Below are positions 1 through 11,365 of a DNA stretch of 64,000 bases, piece by piece. Below the pieces are notes generated by a model. That model saw only the letters and a list, made by a program, of their open reading frames with translations. It was not told the origin of the DNA and did no database searches. The stretch spans positions 256,001 to 320,000 of the forward strand of contig CAWFJJ010000028.1 of NCBI GenBank assembly GCA_963816185.1, in the 5' to 3' direction. The position numbers were made by a program, and so were the translations under genes. Numbering within the stretch: position 1 is the stretch's first letter; the number at the start of each line of letters is the position of its first letter. The DNA comes from Thermoanaerobaculia bacterium. Lineage in GTDB: Bacteria > Acidobacteriota > Thermoanaerobaculia > UBA5066.

Positions 1-206
1 CCGGCTGACGCCGTCGGCCGCGAAAGCCGCGCCCCCCTCGTGCGTGACGAGCACGGGCTGGATCTTTTCCGACCGGCCGAGCTCGTCGTAGATCTCCGTG
101 TTGTGCACGCCCGGAATCCCGAACGTGTGCGTCACCGGAAGCTGCTCGAGGGCGTGCCGCACGAGCCATGCCCCGGATTTCTTGGCGCCGATCCGGATCG
201 ACTTCG

Positions 207-1835
207 TCATACGGACGCTCCCGCGATCGTACGGGCCGCGACGCGTCCCGTGAGGACGCAGCTTCCGAGGAACGTTCCCTCCAGAGACCCCAGGCCGTGG
301 ATGCCGCCGCCGCCGAAGCCGGCCGCCTCGCCGACGGCGTAGAGGCCGCCGATGGCCGAGCCCTCGCCGGAGAGAACGCGGCAGCCGAGATCGGTCTGGA
401 TGCCGCCGAGGCTCTTGCGCGAGAGGATGAACTCGCGAATCGCGATGAGGGGCATGGCGCCGGGGTCGAGGATCCTCTGGAACTTGCAGAGGCGAATCCG
501 GTCTCCGCGATACTGGCGGAAGTTCCACAGGCGGCGGAGCTGGTCGTCGTTGAAGAAGGCCGGACCCCGGTCGATCTGGGCGTCGTAGTCGCGCACGACC
601 TGTTCCACCGTCGCGAGGTCCGTGCGCAAGCCGTCGAGGTTGCGCGCGTTCATCTCGTCCACGAGCTTCGCCAGCGAGCGCGCCGTGACGATGTCGTCCG
701 GGCATTCGCGCGCAAGGCGGTCGACAAGCTCCTGGTTTCCGAAGAGAAGCTGCTTCGCCATGAGGAGCTTTTTCTTGTGGCGGAACGCGGTCATGTAGTC
801 GCACCCCGAGACCGCAAGCTCCTTTTTCGCGATTGCGTTGTTCAGGATCTGCCACGAGTACTGGCCGGGCTGTCGGAGAATGCTCTCGACGAGAAAGCGC
901 GTGTCGGTCGAGCCGACGAGCGGCACGGGACCGATACGCTCACCGAGCGCATTCAGCCAGAGCGCCGAGCGGGGCGGGACGAGCGAAAGCCCGTCGTTCG
1001 GCTTGCGCCTTTTGGGATGGTGCACGCCGGCCGCGTAGTGCCATTGCTTGTCGAGGTGCGTGAGATTGCCGCCCGCGCGCGCGACCGCGTCGTGCATCAC
1101 GCCGTCTCCGAAAACGTGGGCGCCGTTGAGGAGGACCTTCGGAGGGGCGCCCCAGGGCGCGTACCAGTTCGCGCGCACTCTCGAGAGGTCTCCTCCGCAG
1201 ATCCCTCCGGTCGCGACCACGACGTGGTTTCCGCGCGCGACGAAGCGCACACCGGTGGAAAGGTCCGTGCCGACGAGCCCCGTGACGCGGCTGCCTGAAA
1301 CCTCGACGTCTTCCACGGCGTGCCGGAATCGGATCGTGTGGGAGGCCGACCGCGGGTGCGTGGCGAGCGCGCGGACGATCTGCTCGATGATGGCGTGTCC
1401 CGTGCCCCACGCGATGTGCCAGCGTGGGACCGTGTTGCCGGGTGTGTAGAGCCCCCGCTCGGGCCAGTTCACGACGGGCAGGAACTTCACGCCGACGCCG
1501 TCGAGGTAGGCGTGAATGAGATCGAGCGAGCGATTGCAATAGAGCTCCGCCCAGCGGCGCGGCCACGAGTCTTCTTCGCCGAAACGCGCGAACGAAAGCC
1601 AGTCGTGGAGGGCCAGCTCGGGCGAGTCGGCGATGCCGGACTTCTTCTGATGCGGCGTGCCGATGAGGTGGACGCCGCCGAACGACTCCTTGGCGAGCCC
1701 GCCGAGGTTCTCGGGCACGTCCCTGTCGAGGAGGAGGACGGACTTTCCGTGGCCGAGCAATTCGTGCGCGGCGACGAGCCCGGCGAGCCCCGCGCCCGCG
1801 ATGACGACGTCCGCCTCGAGGTGGTTCTCGGTCAC
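207..1835 (-). CDS. FAD-binding dehydrogenase (KsdD-like, FAD_binding_2 type)
   Basis: N-terminal GAGLAG Rossmann motif and C-terminal GLYAVGEAAGFGGGGIHG...LEGTFLG; 542 aa intact. Confidence 0.85.
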   Translation of the reverse strand: MTENHLEADVVIAGAGLAGLVAAHELLGHGKSVLLLDRDVPENLGGLAKESFGGVHLIGTPHQKKSGIADSPELALHDWLSFARFGEEDSWPRRWAELYCNRSLDLIHAYLDGVGVKFLPVVNWPERGLYTPGNTVPRWHIAWGTGHAIIEQIVRALATHPRSASHTIRFRHAVEDVEVSGSRVTGLVGTDLSTGVRFVARGNHVVVATGGICGGDLSRVRANWYAPWGAPPKVLLNGAHVFGDGVMHDAVARAGGNLTHLDKQWHYAAGVHHPKRRKPNDGLSLVPPRSALWLNALGERIGPVPLVGSTDTRFLVESILRQPGQYSWQILNNAIAKKELAVSGCDYMTAFRHKKKLLMAKQLLFGNQELVDRLARECPDDIVTARSLAKLVDEMNARNLDGLRTDLATVEQVVRDYDAQIDRGPAFFNDDQLRRLWNFRQYRGDRIRLCKFQRILDPGAMPLIAIREFILSRKSLGGIQTDLGCRVLSGEGSAIGGLYAVGEAAGFGGGGIHGLGSLEGTFLGSCVLTGRVAARTIAGASV

Positions 1836-1894
1836 TCAGGGCCTTCCTCGGAATCTTATCCGGAATCGCGAGAGCGACTTCTAGAATCCCGCGC

Positions 1895-2686
1895 GTGTCC
1901 TCGAAGACGCGACGAGCGGAGAAAGGGATCCCGAGCGCGCTCGCGCGTTTTGGTTTCCTCGCGCTCGGAACCGTGTACGTCGTGATCGGCGGCCTCGCGG
2001 CGCGCGTGGCGATCCTCCAGAAGGGTCGCACCCTCGGGCCGGCCGGCGCGCTCGCGAAGATCCTCGAGGGATGGAACGGGCGCCTCGCCCTGTGGATCGT
2101 GGCCGCGGGCCTCCTCGCGTTCGTGCTCTTTCGCGCCGTCCAGTGCCTGAGAACGCGCAGCCGCCTCGCGCGGATCGGATACGCGGTCGGCGCGCTCGGC
2201 GGCCTGGTTCTCGCGTTTACCGCCGTGCGCATCGTTCTGCATTTTCACGCGGGTGGCGACGCCCAGACGCTTCGCGACGCCGCCGCCCGCCTGGTCTCTC
2301 ACCCCCTGGGGCGAGGCGCGCTCGAGGTCGGAGGAGCGATCGCCGTCGTCGTGGGCGTCCTCGAGGCCCTGCGGGCGGCCGTCGGGGTGCTGCCGGCCGA
2401 CTTCGCCGCGGCGATCATGGCCCGCGGCCGTAAGAGGTGGACCTCGGTGCTCGCACGCGTCGGCGTCCTCGCGCACGGCGCAGTCGTCGCCGTGACGGGA
2501 TATTCCATCTTCCGGGCGGGTCTCGAGGGGAATCCACGCGGTCTCACGGGCACGGCCGCCGCCCTCCGCACCATCAAACACGCGGAGAACGGGCCCGCGC
2601 TCTTCGCGCTCGTCGCCGCCGGGCTCATCGCGTACGGACTCTCGCTTTTCGTACTGGCGGCCCACCGGCTGAAACGCTCGCGCTGA
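1895..2686 (+). CDS. DUF1206-like membrane protein
   Basis: Three hydrophobic repeats starting ARFG/ARIG/ARVG. Confidence 0.7.
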   Translation: MSSKTRRAEKGIPSALARFGFLALGTVYVVIGGLAARVAILQKGRTLGPAGALAKILEGWNGRLALWIVAAGLLAFVLFRAVQCLRTRSRLARIGYAVGALGGLVLAFTAVRIVLHFHAGGDAQTLRDAAARLVSHPLGRGALEVGGAIAVVVGVLEALRAAVGVLPADFAAAIMARGRKRWTSVLARVGVLAHGAVVAVTGYSIFRAGLEGNPRGLTGTAAALRTIKHAENGPALFALVAAGLIAYGLSLFVLAAHRLKRSR

Positions 2687-2748
2687 AAGCACCGAGAGCG
2701 GCTCGGACCTGCTACGGGTGTACGCTTTCGAAGCGAAAGGAAGAGTTC

Positions 2749-4174
2749 ATGTCACGCCGGAGCTCTCTTCTCGGTATTCTGTGTGCGGTACTCGCGCTCC
2801 CCGCGGCGGCGGCTCCTCCCCAGCCGGCCGCGAAGAAGGCCGTCACCGAGGTCCAGCGCGACCTCTTCGAGGCCGCCCGGGGTGGCCACGCGGAGGATGT
2901 CGAAAGGACGCTCGCGGCGGGCGCGAAGGTCGACGGGCCGGACGAGCACGGGGTCACGGCGATCACGTATGCGATCGTCGCGAACTCTTTCAACGGGCGC
3001 GAAGTCATCCGGGCGCTGCTGAAAGCGAAGGCCTCGGTGAACGTGAAGAGCGACGACGGCAGGACACCGCTGATGTTCGCGGCCCAGAACGGGAAGAACG
3101 AGCACTTCGGCGACCTCCTCGCCGCCGGAGCCGACCTCAACGCCATGGACGACGACAACTGGACGGCGCTGATGTACGCGGCCTTCTACGGCTCCTCATT
3201 CGGCGTGAACGATCTCCTGAAGGCCGGCGCGGACCCGAAGGTCGAGGCCAAGGACGGGCAAACGGCGGTTCTGCTCGCCGCGCGGCACGGGAACTCGACC
3301 AGCCTCGAGGCTCTTCTGGCGGCCGGCGGCACCTTCGAATCCAAGGGACTCAAGCAGACGACGCCGCTCGTGCTCGCGGCGATCGGAGACGACCTTGAAA
3401 CGGTCGAGCGCGTCCTGAAGGCGAGGCCCGACGTGAACGGGAGGGACAAGGACGGATGGACCGCCCTGATGGTGGCCGCCGACCTGGGGAACACGGATAC
3501 CCTGATGGCTCTTCTCAGGGCCGGCGCCGACGTCACGCTTGAAGGAGAAGAAAGGCCTGACCGCGCTCGAAATCGCGAAGGAGGCCAGGTGCGAGGAATG
3601 CGCGGCGCTGCTTGGCGACAAATGGGAACGAAGACGGCCGGGCGGCGGTACGACGCTCTCGATTCCGTGCGACGCGCTCGCGGGCGAGCTGGACGTCAAC
3701 GTGAAGACCCGAGGCAGTGATCTCGTGTGGTCGCTCTTCTACCCGAAACCCGTCGGTGCGTATCTCGGCGGCTTCATCAACGGGGCGAAGAAGGTCTCGG
3801 CGGACGTCGAGATCTACCTGGACACGGACAACGACCCGAGGACGGGGCTTCCCGCCACGTCGGGCGTGTCGGGCGATCTCGGAACGGGCGGCGCCGAGTA
3901 CGTCATCAGCCTGATGGAGATCGGGACCACCGTCGGCAACGAGAAAGGCAAGAACGTCAACCGGCAGGTCCTCGACCCGTCGATCTCGAAAGGCGAAGAG
4001 CGGCTCGGCTCCGACGAAATGGGCGGTTGGTTCCCGAAGGTCGAGCGGGACGTCAACGCCGTTCGCCTCGCCGTGCCGCTGTCCGTGCTCGGCTTGAAGA
4101 ACGGCGCGGGGATCCGCGTCACCGTGCGTCCCGGCTTCTGCGCTCCGAAGAGCAAGATCGTGACGCTCTCCTAG
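2749..4174 (+). CDS. Secreted ankyrin-repeat protein, apparent frameshift near 3545
   Basis: Signal peptide, several GxTPLMxAA / GWTALMxAA repeats; the repeat continues in the 3539..4174 frame (GLTALEIA). Confidence 0.8.
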
Positions 4175-4219
4175 AAGCCGCTGCCTTTCTCCATTAGAGT
4201 TACCCCGACAGGAGGAACG

Positions 4220-6346
4220 ATGCGTCTCGTGTTTCGTTCGTTTTCAACGCTCTGCCTCGGCATTTTTCTCGCCCGCGCCGCCGTCGCCGCAAACCCGAAC
4301 CCTTTCTTCCAGAAGAGCACGCTGCAATACCAGGCCCCGCCGTTCGACAAGATCAAGGACGCCGACTACGCGCCGGCGATCGAAGAGGGGATGAAGCAGC
4401 AGATCGCGGAGATCGATGCGATCGCAAACAATGCGGCGCCGCCGACCTTCGCGAACACCCTCGAAGCGATGGAGCGCTCGGGCGAGCTCCTGACCCGCGT
4501 CACGAAAGTGTTTTTCAACCTCGCCGCGTCGAACACGAACGACGCGATGCAGAAGATCCGGGCCGAGGAGGCTCCGAAGCTCGCAAAGCACCAGGATTCG
4601 ATCTATCTGAACGCGAAGCTGTACGCGCGCGTGAAAGGGCTCTACGACAAGCGCGACGCGCTCGGGCTCGATCCGGAAAGCCGATTTCTCCTCCAGCGCT
4701 ATCACTTGAACTTCGTGCGCGCCGGCGCAGAGCTCGATCAAGCCGACCAGGCAAAGCTTCGCGCCCTGAACGAGGAAGAGGCGAAGCTCACGACTCAGTT
4801 CGCGGATTCCCTGCTCGCCGACACAAAGGCCTCGTCCGTCGTCGTCGCCGACAAGACCGAGCTCGCCGGCCTGAGCGAGGGGGACCTGGCTTCGGCCGCG
4901 GGAAGGGCGAAGGAGCGCGGACTCGGCGGCAAATGGGTCCTCGACCTCCAGAACACGACGCAGCAGCCCGTCCTCTCCTCGTTGAAGAACCGCGCCCTCC
5001 GGCAGCGAGTGCTCGAGGCCTCTGAGGCCCGCTGCGACCACGGCGGCCCCAACGACACGAAGGCGATCGTGGCGCGGCTCGCGCAGCTTCGCGCGCAGAG
5101 GGCAAAGCTGCTCGGATTCTCGACGCACGCCGCGTACATCCTGGACGACCGGATGGCGAAGACTCCGGACCATGCCCTGAAGCTCCTGACCGACATGGTT
5201 CCGGCGGCGACGACCAAGGCGAAGCGTGAGGCCGAGCGCATGCAGCAGGTGATCGACTCGGAAAAAGGCGGCTTCACCGTCGGACCGGCCGACTGGGAGC
5301 TCTACGCCGAGAAAGTGCGGAAAGCCGACTACGACATCGACGAGGCCGAGGTGAAGCCTTACTTTCCGCTGGACCGGGTGCTCCAGGACGGCGTCTTCTT
5401 CGCGGCCCACGAGCTGTATGGATTGACCTTCCGCGAGCGCAAGGATTTGCCCGTCTACGATCCCGATGTCCGCGTCTTCGAAGTCTTCGAGGCCGACGGG
5501 CGTTCGCTCGCCCTGTATTACGGCGACTACTTCCAGCGACCGAACAAGCGTGGCGGAGCGTGGGACGACAGCTTCGTCGATCAGAGCGCGCTGCTCGGAA
5601 CGAAGCCCGTCATCGTAAACGTGCTGAACGTCCCGAAGCCCGCCCCCGGGCGGCCCGCCCTTCTCTCCTTCGACGACGTCAAGGGTCTCTTCCACGAGTT
5701 CGGTCACGCCCTCCATGGCATGTTCTCGAACATCCGATATCCCACGCTCGGGGCGACGCCGAACGACTGGGTCGAGATGCCCTCACAGTTCAACGAGCAC
5801 TGGTCGCTGGAGCCGGCGGTTCTCAACCATTACGCGCGCCACTACAAGACCGGGAAACCGATCCCTCAGGCGCTCGTCGAAAAAATCCGGAAGACGAAGA
5901 CGTTCAACGAGGGCTACGCGACGACGGAGTACCTCGCGGCTGCGCTCCTCGACCTCGCGTGGCACACGCTTCCGGCCGATGCGCCGCCGGCCCAGGTCGA
6001 CGCGTTCGAGAAGGCCGCGCTCGAACGGTTTCACGTCGACCTCCCGCAGGTGCCGCCGCGGTATCGGACGACGTATTTCGCCCACATCTGGGAGGGCGGC
6101 TACTCCGCGGGCTATTACGCCTACCTCTGGAGCGAGGTGCTCGACGACGATGCCTACTACTGGTTCAAGGAGCACGGGGGAATGACGCGCGCCAACGGTC
6201 AGCGCTTCCGCGAGATGATCCTCTCACGGGAGGGCACGGCGGACGTCGCCGAGCTGTACAGGGCTTTCCGCGGGCGAGATCCGGTCGTTCAGCCGCTGCT
6301 CGAGGAGCGTGGGCTCGTCACGGCGCCGCCCACGAAGACCAAGTGA
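4220..6346 (+). CDS. dcp: M3 family metallopeptidase (peptidyl-dipeptidase Dcp-like)
   Basis: HEFGHALH zinc motif, VEMPSQFNEHW, GGYSAGYYAYLWSEVL; signal peptide. Confidence 0.9.
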   Translation: MRLVFRSFSTLCLGIFLARAAVAANPNPFFQKSTLQYQAPPFDKIKDADYAPAIEEGMKQQIAEIDAIANNAAPPTFANTLEAMERSGELLTRVTKVFFNLAASNTNDAMQKIRAEEAPKLAKHQDSIYLNAKLYARVKGLYDKRDALGLDPESRFLLQRYHLNFVRAGAELDQADQAKLRALNEEEAKLTTQFADSLLADTKASSVVVADKTELAGLSEGDLASAAGRAKERGLGGKWVLDLQNTTQQPVLSSLKNRALRQRVLEASEARCDHGGPNDTKAIVARLAQLRAQRAKLLGFSTHAAYILDDRMAKTPDHALKLLTDMVPAATTKAKREAERMQQVIDSEKGGFTVGPADWELYAEKVRKADYDIDEAEVKPYFPLDRVLQDGVFFAAHELYGLTFRERKDLPVYDPDVRVFEVFEADGRSLALYYGDYFQRPNKRGGAWDDSFVDQSALLGTKPVIVNVLNVPKPAPGRPALLSFDDVKGLFHEFGHALHGMFSNIRYPTLGATPNDWVEMPSQFNEHWSLEPAVLNHYARHYKTGKPIPQALVEKIRKTKTFNEGYATTEYLAAALLDLAWHTLPADAPPAQVDAFEKAALERFHVDLPQVPPRYRTTYFAHIWEGGYSAGYYAYLWSEVLDDDAYYWFKEHGGMTRANGQRFREMILSREGTADVAELYRAFRGRDPVVQPLLEERGLVTAPPTKTK

Positions 6347-6464
6347 GCGGGCAGACCGCGAGGGCTCACCTCCCGCCATTTTTCGTCTGATGCATTAGCA
6401 CTTTTCCCGACACTTCCCGGACATTGCATGTCCGAACCCCCCGCCAAACGCGGCGGAAGGGGAA

Positions 6465-9400
6465 TTGCAGGCATCGGTCGAAATGACCCGTGCGACCGCC
6501 GCTAGCCGCAGCGACAGTTTTTGCGCGTCCCGCATTCCCGTGACCAGGATCGTGTCAGGCACGGCACTTCTCGTGCTCCTGATCGCCGTGCCTTCGCGCC
6601 TGGAGGGCCAGTGCGCTTTGTCGGGCTCGCCGGTTTCGTTCGAACCGAATCCACCCGGCGCCGTAAGGCCCGGAACCCTGAGTAGCGGATTCAGCAACGG
6701 CCTCGTGCTCTATCAGCCCGGCGGCGGCGGTCCGTATCGGCTCCTCATGCAGGAGTCGTTCGGCTACTCGGTCCTCGACCTCACGACGCCGACGAACCCG
6801 ACGGCGCTCATCTACCACGACATCCGCTACCCGTTGGGCGGCCCCAACAGCGTCAGGCAGGCCGGCGACGGGCAGAACCTCGTTCAGACGATCGCCGTCT
6901 CTCCGGACGGGCAACGAGCGGCCTTCTCGATGACGGGCCTGTCGGCCACGATCCAGACGGCCGTCGGGAGTCCCAACGGCAGCGGCTTCACCCTGAGGGG
7001 GGATTTCTATCCCAAGCGTTCGAACAGCACGCTCGTCCAGCACGTCGGCAACCGGCACATCGCGTATGACATCCACCCGAACGTCGTGACGGCCTCGGAC
7101 GTCTCGATCCTGCCGGGAGGTTCGCTCACGGCTAACAACCTCGCCTACGAGATCACGACGTGGCTGGGCGGAGGCCGCGCGGTCCTGGCCGGGAATTACA
7201 TTCTCTACCAGATCACCGGCGCCATCCGGGTCATCGATGCGTCCCTTCCGGGACCTAGCGGAAACATCACGGCCTCTTACCCGCAGACGTCCATCACGAA
7301 CGCCGATTTTCCCGGCGGCCGCACGATCGCGAACTTCACGGCGGCCGTCGATCCGGCCGACGCGACGAAGCTCTGGGTCCTCGTGGAGCTGAACGCGCTG
7401 ACCGGCGAGAACTCGCCCAGCTACGGGCTTCTCTCCGTCACGAAGAGTGGCCTCGGAAAGGTCTCGGCCGGCCCGACCTGGCGAGTCCCGTCGCAGACGG
7501 GCGACGTGTGGCTGCCCGCGGGGATGGCCTCCGCGCTCATTCCGAACGGCGGCGACCTGTTCGTCCTGATGTGGGCGGCAAAACAGCAGCCGACGAGCCA
7601 GTTCCTCCTCTATTCGACGATGGCGGCCGCATGGGCGAGCGTGTCTCCGAGCTCGTTTCCCGTGAGCGGCACGACGTTCGCGCTCCCGGGGAGGACGGCG
7701 GGCTTCGGGGTAACGGGGACCAGCTCCGTTTACATGTACGTGCCCACGACGGTGTCGGCGTACGTGATCCCGATGTCCTGCGTCTCCATCAACTCGCCCG
7801 CCGTCACCTCGATGACCGTCGCCAACCAGGCGGGCGCAGCGCTCAACAGCGGCGACTCGGTATTTCTGGGCGACGAGATCACGATTACGCCGTCTCTCCG
7901 CCCGGCGCCGGTGAATCAGCCCCTGACCGGATTCGGCTGGAACTTCGACTTCGACTTCCACGCGGGTGCGTTGTCCGAGGACAACGGCGCCACCGTGTCG
8001 CCGCGCATCAAGGCACCGGACAACGGGGCGCTCGCGAACCCAGCGACCCCGCCGTCGCTGATCACGGTGGTCGGCCCCTGCGACCCTCAGGTAGGCGGGA
8101 CTACCCCCGGAAACGGCTCGGGCTGCTGGACTTCGGTGACGACGAACGGCGCGTTCGCGGGCGGCACGTCCGACTTCACCGCGCAAAGTCCGGTGGCGAA
8201 GGCCCTCACGTTCGCCTTCGAGGCGAACAACCGTCTCGGCAGCGCGGGTGCGAGTTTGTTCACACTGAACTGGAAGGTTCCGGCGGCGAAGCTCCAGTCG
8301 ACGCAGGTCCTGTCCGGCAGTCCCCTCGTGAGCGGCTCCGACGGCCACCCGACGGCCACGGGCTTCAAGTGGTACTTCGGCACCTCTCCGGCGACGCTCA
8401 CGCGGGCCTCCTGCCCGGGCTCGACGTGCGTGCCTCCTCCGGCCTTCGATACGAGGGGAACGTACTACTTACTGGCTCACGGCCTCCTACGCGAACGGCT
8501 ACGTGACACCGGACTACGCGGGAAGCGCGATGGGGACGTACACGATCGTCGACTTCACGCCGGCCTTCACGGTGAACGGCAGCGCGAGCGGCCCGATCAC
8601 GGCGATCACCAATCAAAGCCTGGCCGTGGTCAACAGCTCGCAGCGCGGCAGCGGGATCTCGGCGACGTACCAGTACAGCCTCTGCCTGATCCCCTGCGCG
8701 GACAGCTACCAGGCCTGGTCCGCGATGACCGACCCCTCGTCGACGTCCGGCTTGCCTCCGTCGTCGGCGACGATTCCGATCCCGGGGACGGCGGGGACCT
8801 ACGCTCTCAAGATCAAGGTGAATTACACCGGTGGGACGGCATACTGGCCGGATCCGGCAGGCGCCAACTTCTTCCCGGTAAACGCGGCGAGTCCCCTGGT
8901 CGTGACCGCGACCGTAGACCCCTCGACCGCGGTCGCCGGTCAGACCGTCACGTTCTCGTGCAGCGCGACCGGGGCCCTTCCGCCTTATTCCTACCAATGG
9001 CATTCACCCCTGTCGTTCGCCATCCCGGGAGCGACGCAGCCGACGTACACGACCACGTCCTTCACCGGGGGGAACGTCCAGGCCTACTGCTTCGTCACGG
9101 ATAGCCAGTCGATTCCCGCGCAGAGCAGCGCGAGCGCCACGGCGACGTTTACCCCGAGCACTCCCATCTCGGCAAGCGTATCCGTGAGTCCGAACCCCGT
9201 CGCGGTCAACCACCCCGTCACCTTCTCGTGCAGCCCGATCGGGGGCCTCCAGCCGTATTTCTACCAGTGGCGTTCGCCGCTTTCGTTCACGATACCGGGG
9301 GCAACCCAGCAGACCTACACGACGACGTCCTCGGCGGCAGGAAACGTCCAGGCCTGGTGCTTCGTCACGGACAGCCAGCCGGCCCCCGCGACGAGCAGCG

Positions 9401-9816
9401 GGACCGCGACGGCGACGTTCACCGCAGGCGGCCCCTATTCGTTCTTCGTGCTCGATCCCTGTCGCGTGCTCGATACGCGTAATCCCGCGGGCCCGCAGGG
9501 CGGTCCTGCAATCCAGCCGGCGGGCACGCCCGACCGTTCCTTTGCCGTGGCCTCTTCCTGCGGGATCCCGTCGGACGCCCAGGCGCTCTCCGTCAACGTG
9601 ACCGCGACCAATGCTCTCGCGTCCGGAGTCGCATCGATCTATCGGGGCGACGGCCAGCGTACGGGCACGAACACGGTCGCCTTTGTCGCCGGACGAACCC
9701 GGGCAAACAACGCGTTTCTCCAACTTGCGACGGACGGGTCCGGCACGATCAAGGTCCAGAACATCTCGCCGGGCGCTTTCGATTTGATCATCGACGTAAA
9801 CGGCTATTTCCGCTGA
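6465..9816 (+). CDS. Large secreted Ser/Thr/Gly-rich protein with Ig/PKD-like repeats, frameshift near 8470
   Basis: ORFs 6465..9104 and 8503..9816 join near GTYY; two tandem repeats of about 87 aa; C-terminal PCRVLDTR...DLIIDVNGYF domain; start uncertain. Confidence 0.7.
8893..9423 (+). repeat. Two tandem Ig-like coding repeats
   Basis: VTFSCS...YQWxSPLSFxIPGATQxTYTTTS...GNVQAxCFVTDSQ twice (8893-9153, 9163-9423). Confidence 0.85.
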
Positions 9817-9840
9817 TCAATTTGGGGAGGCAGGGCAGCC

Positions 9841-10113
9841 ATGAAGCGTCTTCTTGCGGCACTCCTTGTTCTCCTCCCACTGCCGCTGCTCGCGGGTCCC
9901 GGGATGGGCTACTATTTCGTACTGCCCGTCACGAGCGCGACCGGACAATTCGACACCTATTTCCGCACAGACGTGTCCCTGGTCAATCCCTACCCGTGGA
10001 AACCGATCACCGTGGAGTTGTTCTTCCTTGGAGCGGGGATGGACAACACCGACGCGCTGCCGGTTGCCGGGATCTGTTTCTGGATCGGACGGTCTCGGTT
10101 CGAAGCACGATGA
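9841..10113 (+). pseudogene. Secreted protein N-terminus, probably truncated at the island edge
   Basis: Signal peptide plus LPVTSATGQFDTYFRTDVSLVNP, then loses coherence near 10070. Confidence 0.5.
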
Positions 10114-10128
10114 GGTCGGCGCCGAGAG

Positions 10129-10689
10129 TCACGCCCCCTCCTCCCGCTTCAGGATTTCGTCCAGGTCCAGCACGCCGAGCTTCCGGCCGAGTTCTTCGAG
10201 GTCAACGTCGCTCAGGATGAGGGCGTTCCGCTCAAGGTCGACGGTGTACCAGCGCCCGAAATCTCGAAACGAACGGGAGCCCCTCGGGCAACGCCGAAGC
10301 CGTTCGCCGCGCTTCAGGAGTTTCCGATGGATTCGCAGCGCAAGGGCCGTCTCGCTGACCTTGCGCTTTGGGAAAGGCCTCTGCGCCTTCAGCCGTTCGA
10401 CTCCCTCTCGCATGACTCGCGTGCTTTCGCGTTCCTTCATGGGAGAACCTCCCGTCAGGTACGCGTCGCGTGCCGCCTTGAGTTCCTTCCGCTCGTTCCG
10501 CGCCGTCGCCGGGAGCTGCTCGATCAGCCACGGCACGAGTCCCTTCACGGCGGCCCGTTGACGCGAGAGCGGCAGGATCCCCCGGCTAAACACGTACTCG
10601 AGCAGGTCGTATGCCGCGATAACCCGCGGCCCCTTTATCGTCTTCTTCGCCGCCGCGAGTGCTTGGGCGAGTCGCTGTGCCTTGCTCAC
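10129..10689 (-). CDS. Hypothetical basic protein
   Basis: 186 aa ORF; its GTG start overlaps the stop of an upstream 19-aa ORF. Confidence 0.5.
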   Translation of the reverse strand: MSKAQRLAQALAAAKKTIKGPRVIAAYDLLEYVFSRGILPLSRQRAAVKGLVPWLIEQLPATARNERKELKAARDAYLTGGSPMKERESTRVMREGVERLKAQRPFPKRKVSETALALRIHRKLLKRGERLRRCPRGSRSFRDFGRWYTVDLERNALILSDVDLEELGRKLGVLDLDEILKREEGA

Positions 10690-10933
10690 GCGGCCGGCCT
10701 TCCGCGGCCGCGCTTCGGCGCCGGCCGCTTCGGCTTCTTCTTCATGCGGGTCATGCTACGCCCCGCGCAAGCATCGGCTGTAGGATCTGCGCGTGGCATG
10801 GATCTCCGGTATCACGGCGTTTTTCAAGAGCCCGTGGGGTGCGTGGCAGACACGGCGCCGCCCGCCGGTACGGCCGGCCCCACCGAGGGCAGCCAGGAGC
10901 GGCGAACGGGTAAGACGGGTGAGCGACTCGGAG

Positions 10934-11170
10934 ATGGCCAAATGTCTCTTCTGCGGTCGAACCGCGTCCAGGCGGACTCTCGCGGCGACGGTGCAGATCG
11001 ACTGTTCAGCCTGCGGGCCGTGCGAGGTGACCGTCGAAGCGCTGGGTCTCCTGCGCGCCGACGAGAACCTAAGGGAAGCGGTCCTGCGACAGATGCGGCG
11101 ACACCTTGACAACGGCGCCGAGAGGCCGCTCGTCAATCTCGAATTCATCCAGTCACTCAAAGGGCGCTGA
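10934..11170 (+). CDS. Small Zn-ribbon protein, paralog A
   Basis: CLFCGR...IDCSACG...RP.VNL..I..LKGR; paralog at 18688..18939. Confidence 0.7.
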   Translation: MAKCLFCGRTASRRTLAATVQIDCSACGPCEVTVEALGLLRADENLREAVLRQMRRHLDNGAERPLVNLEFIQSLKGR

Positions 11171-11319
11171 CCGCCGCGCCCGCGCGAGAGGTGAAACCGG
11201 CTCATGAGCGCCGGCTCTGCCCGTGAGTCCTTCACCCCAATCGGCTCGAATCTTCGGGACTACGACTTCTGCCGGGACTGCCGTCGATCGGCAGCTGCGA
11301 GCATTTGACGGCTTGCGAA

Positions 11320-11365
11320 TGGAGCGGGTGATGGGGCTCGAACCCACGACATCCAGCTTGGGAAG
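11320..11365 (-). pseudogene. 3' fragment of tRNA-Gly(CCC), attachment-site scar
   Basis: Reverse complement CTTCCCAAGCTGGATGTCGTGGGTTCGAGCCCCATCACCCGCTCCA has the anticodon loop, T-arm and CCA; the 5' half is absent. Confidence 0.8.

Noticed and set aside
168-1298. Long antisense and alternate-frame ORFs here and throughout the window
   Set aside because: Shadow ORFs expected in high-GC DNA opposite real genes
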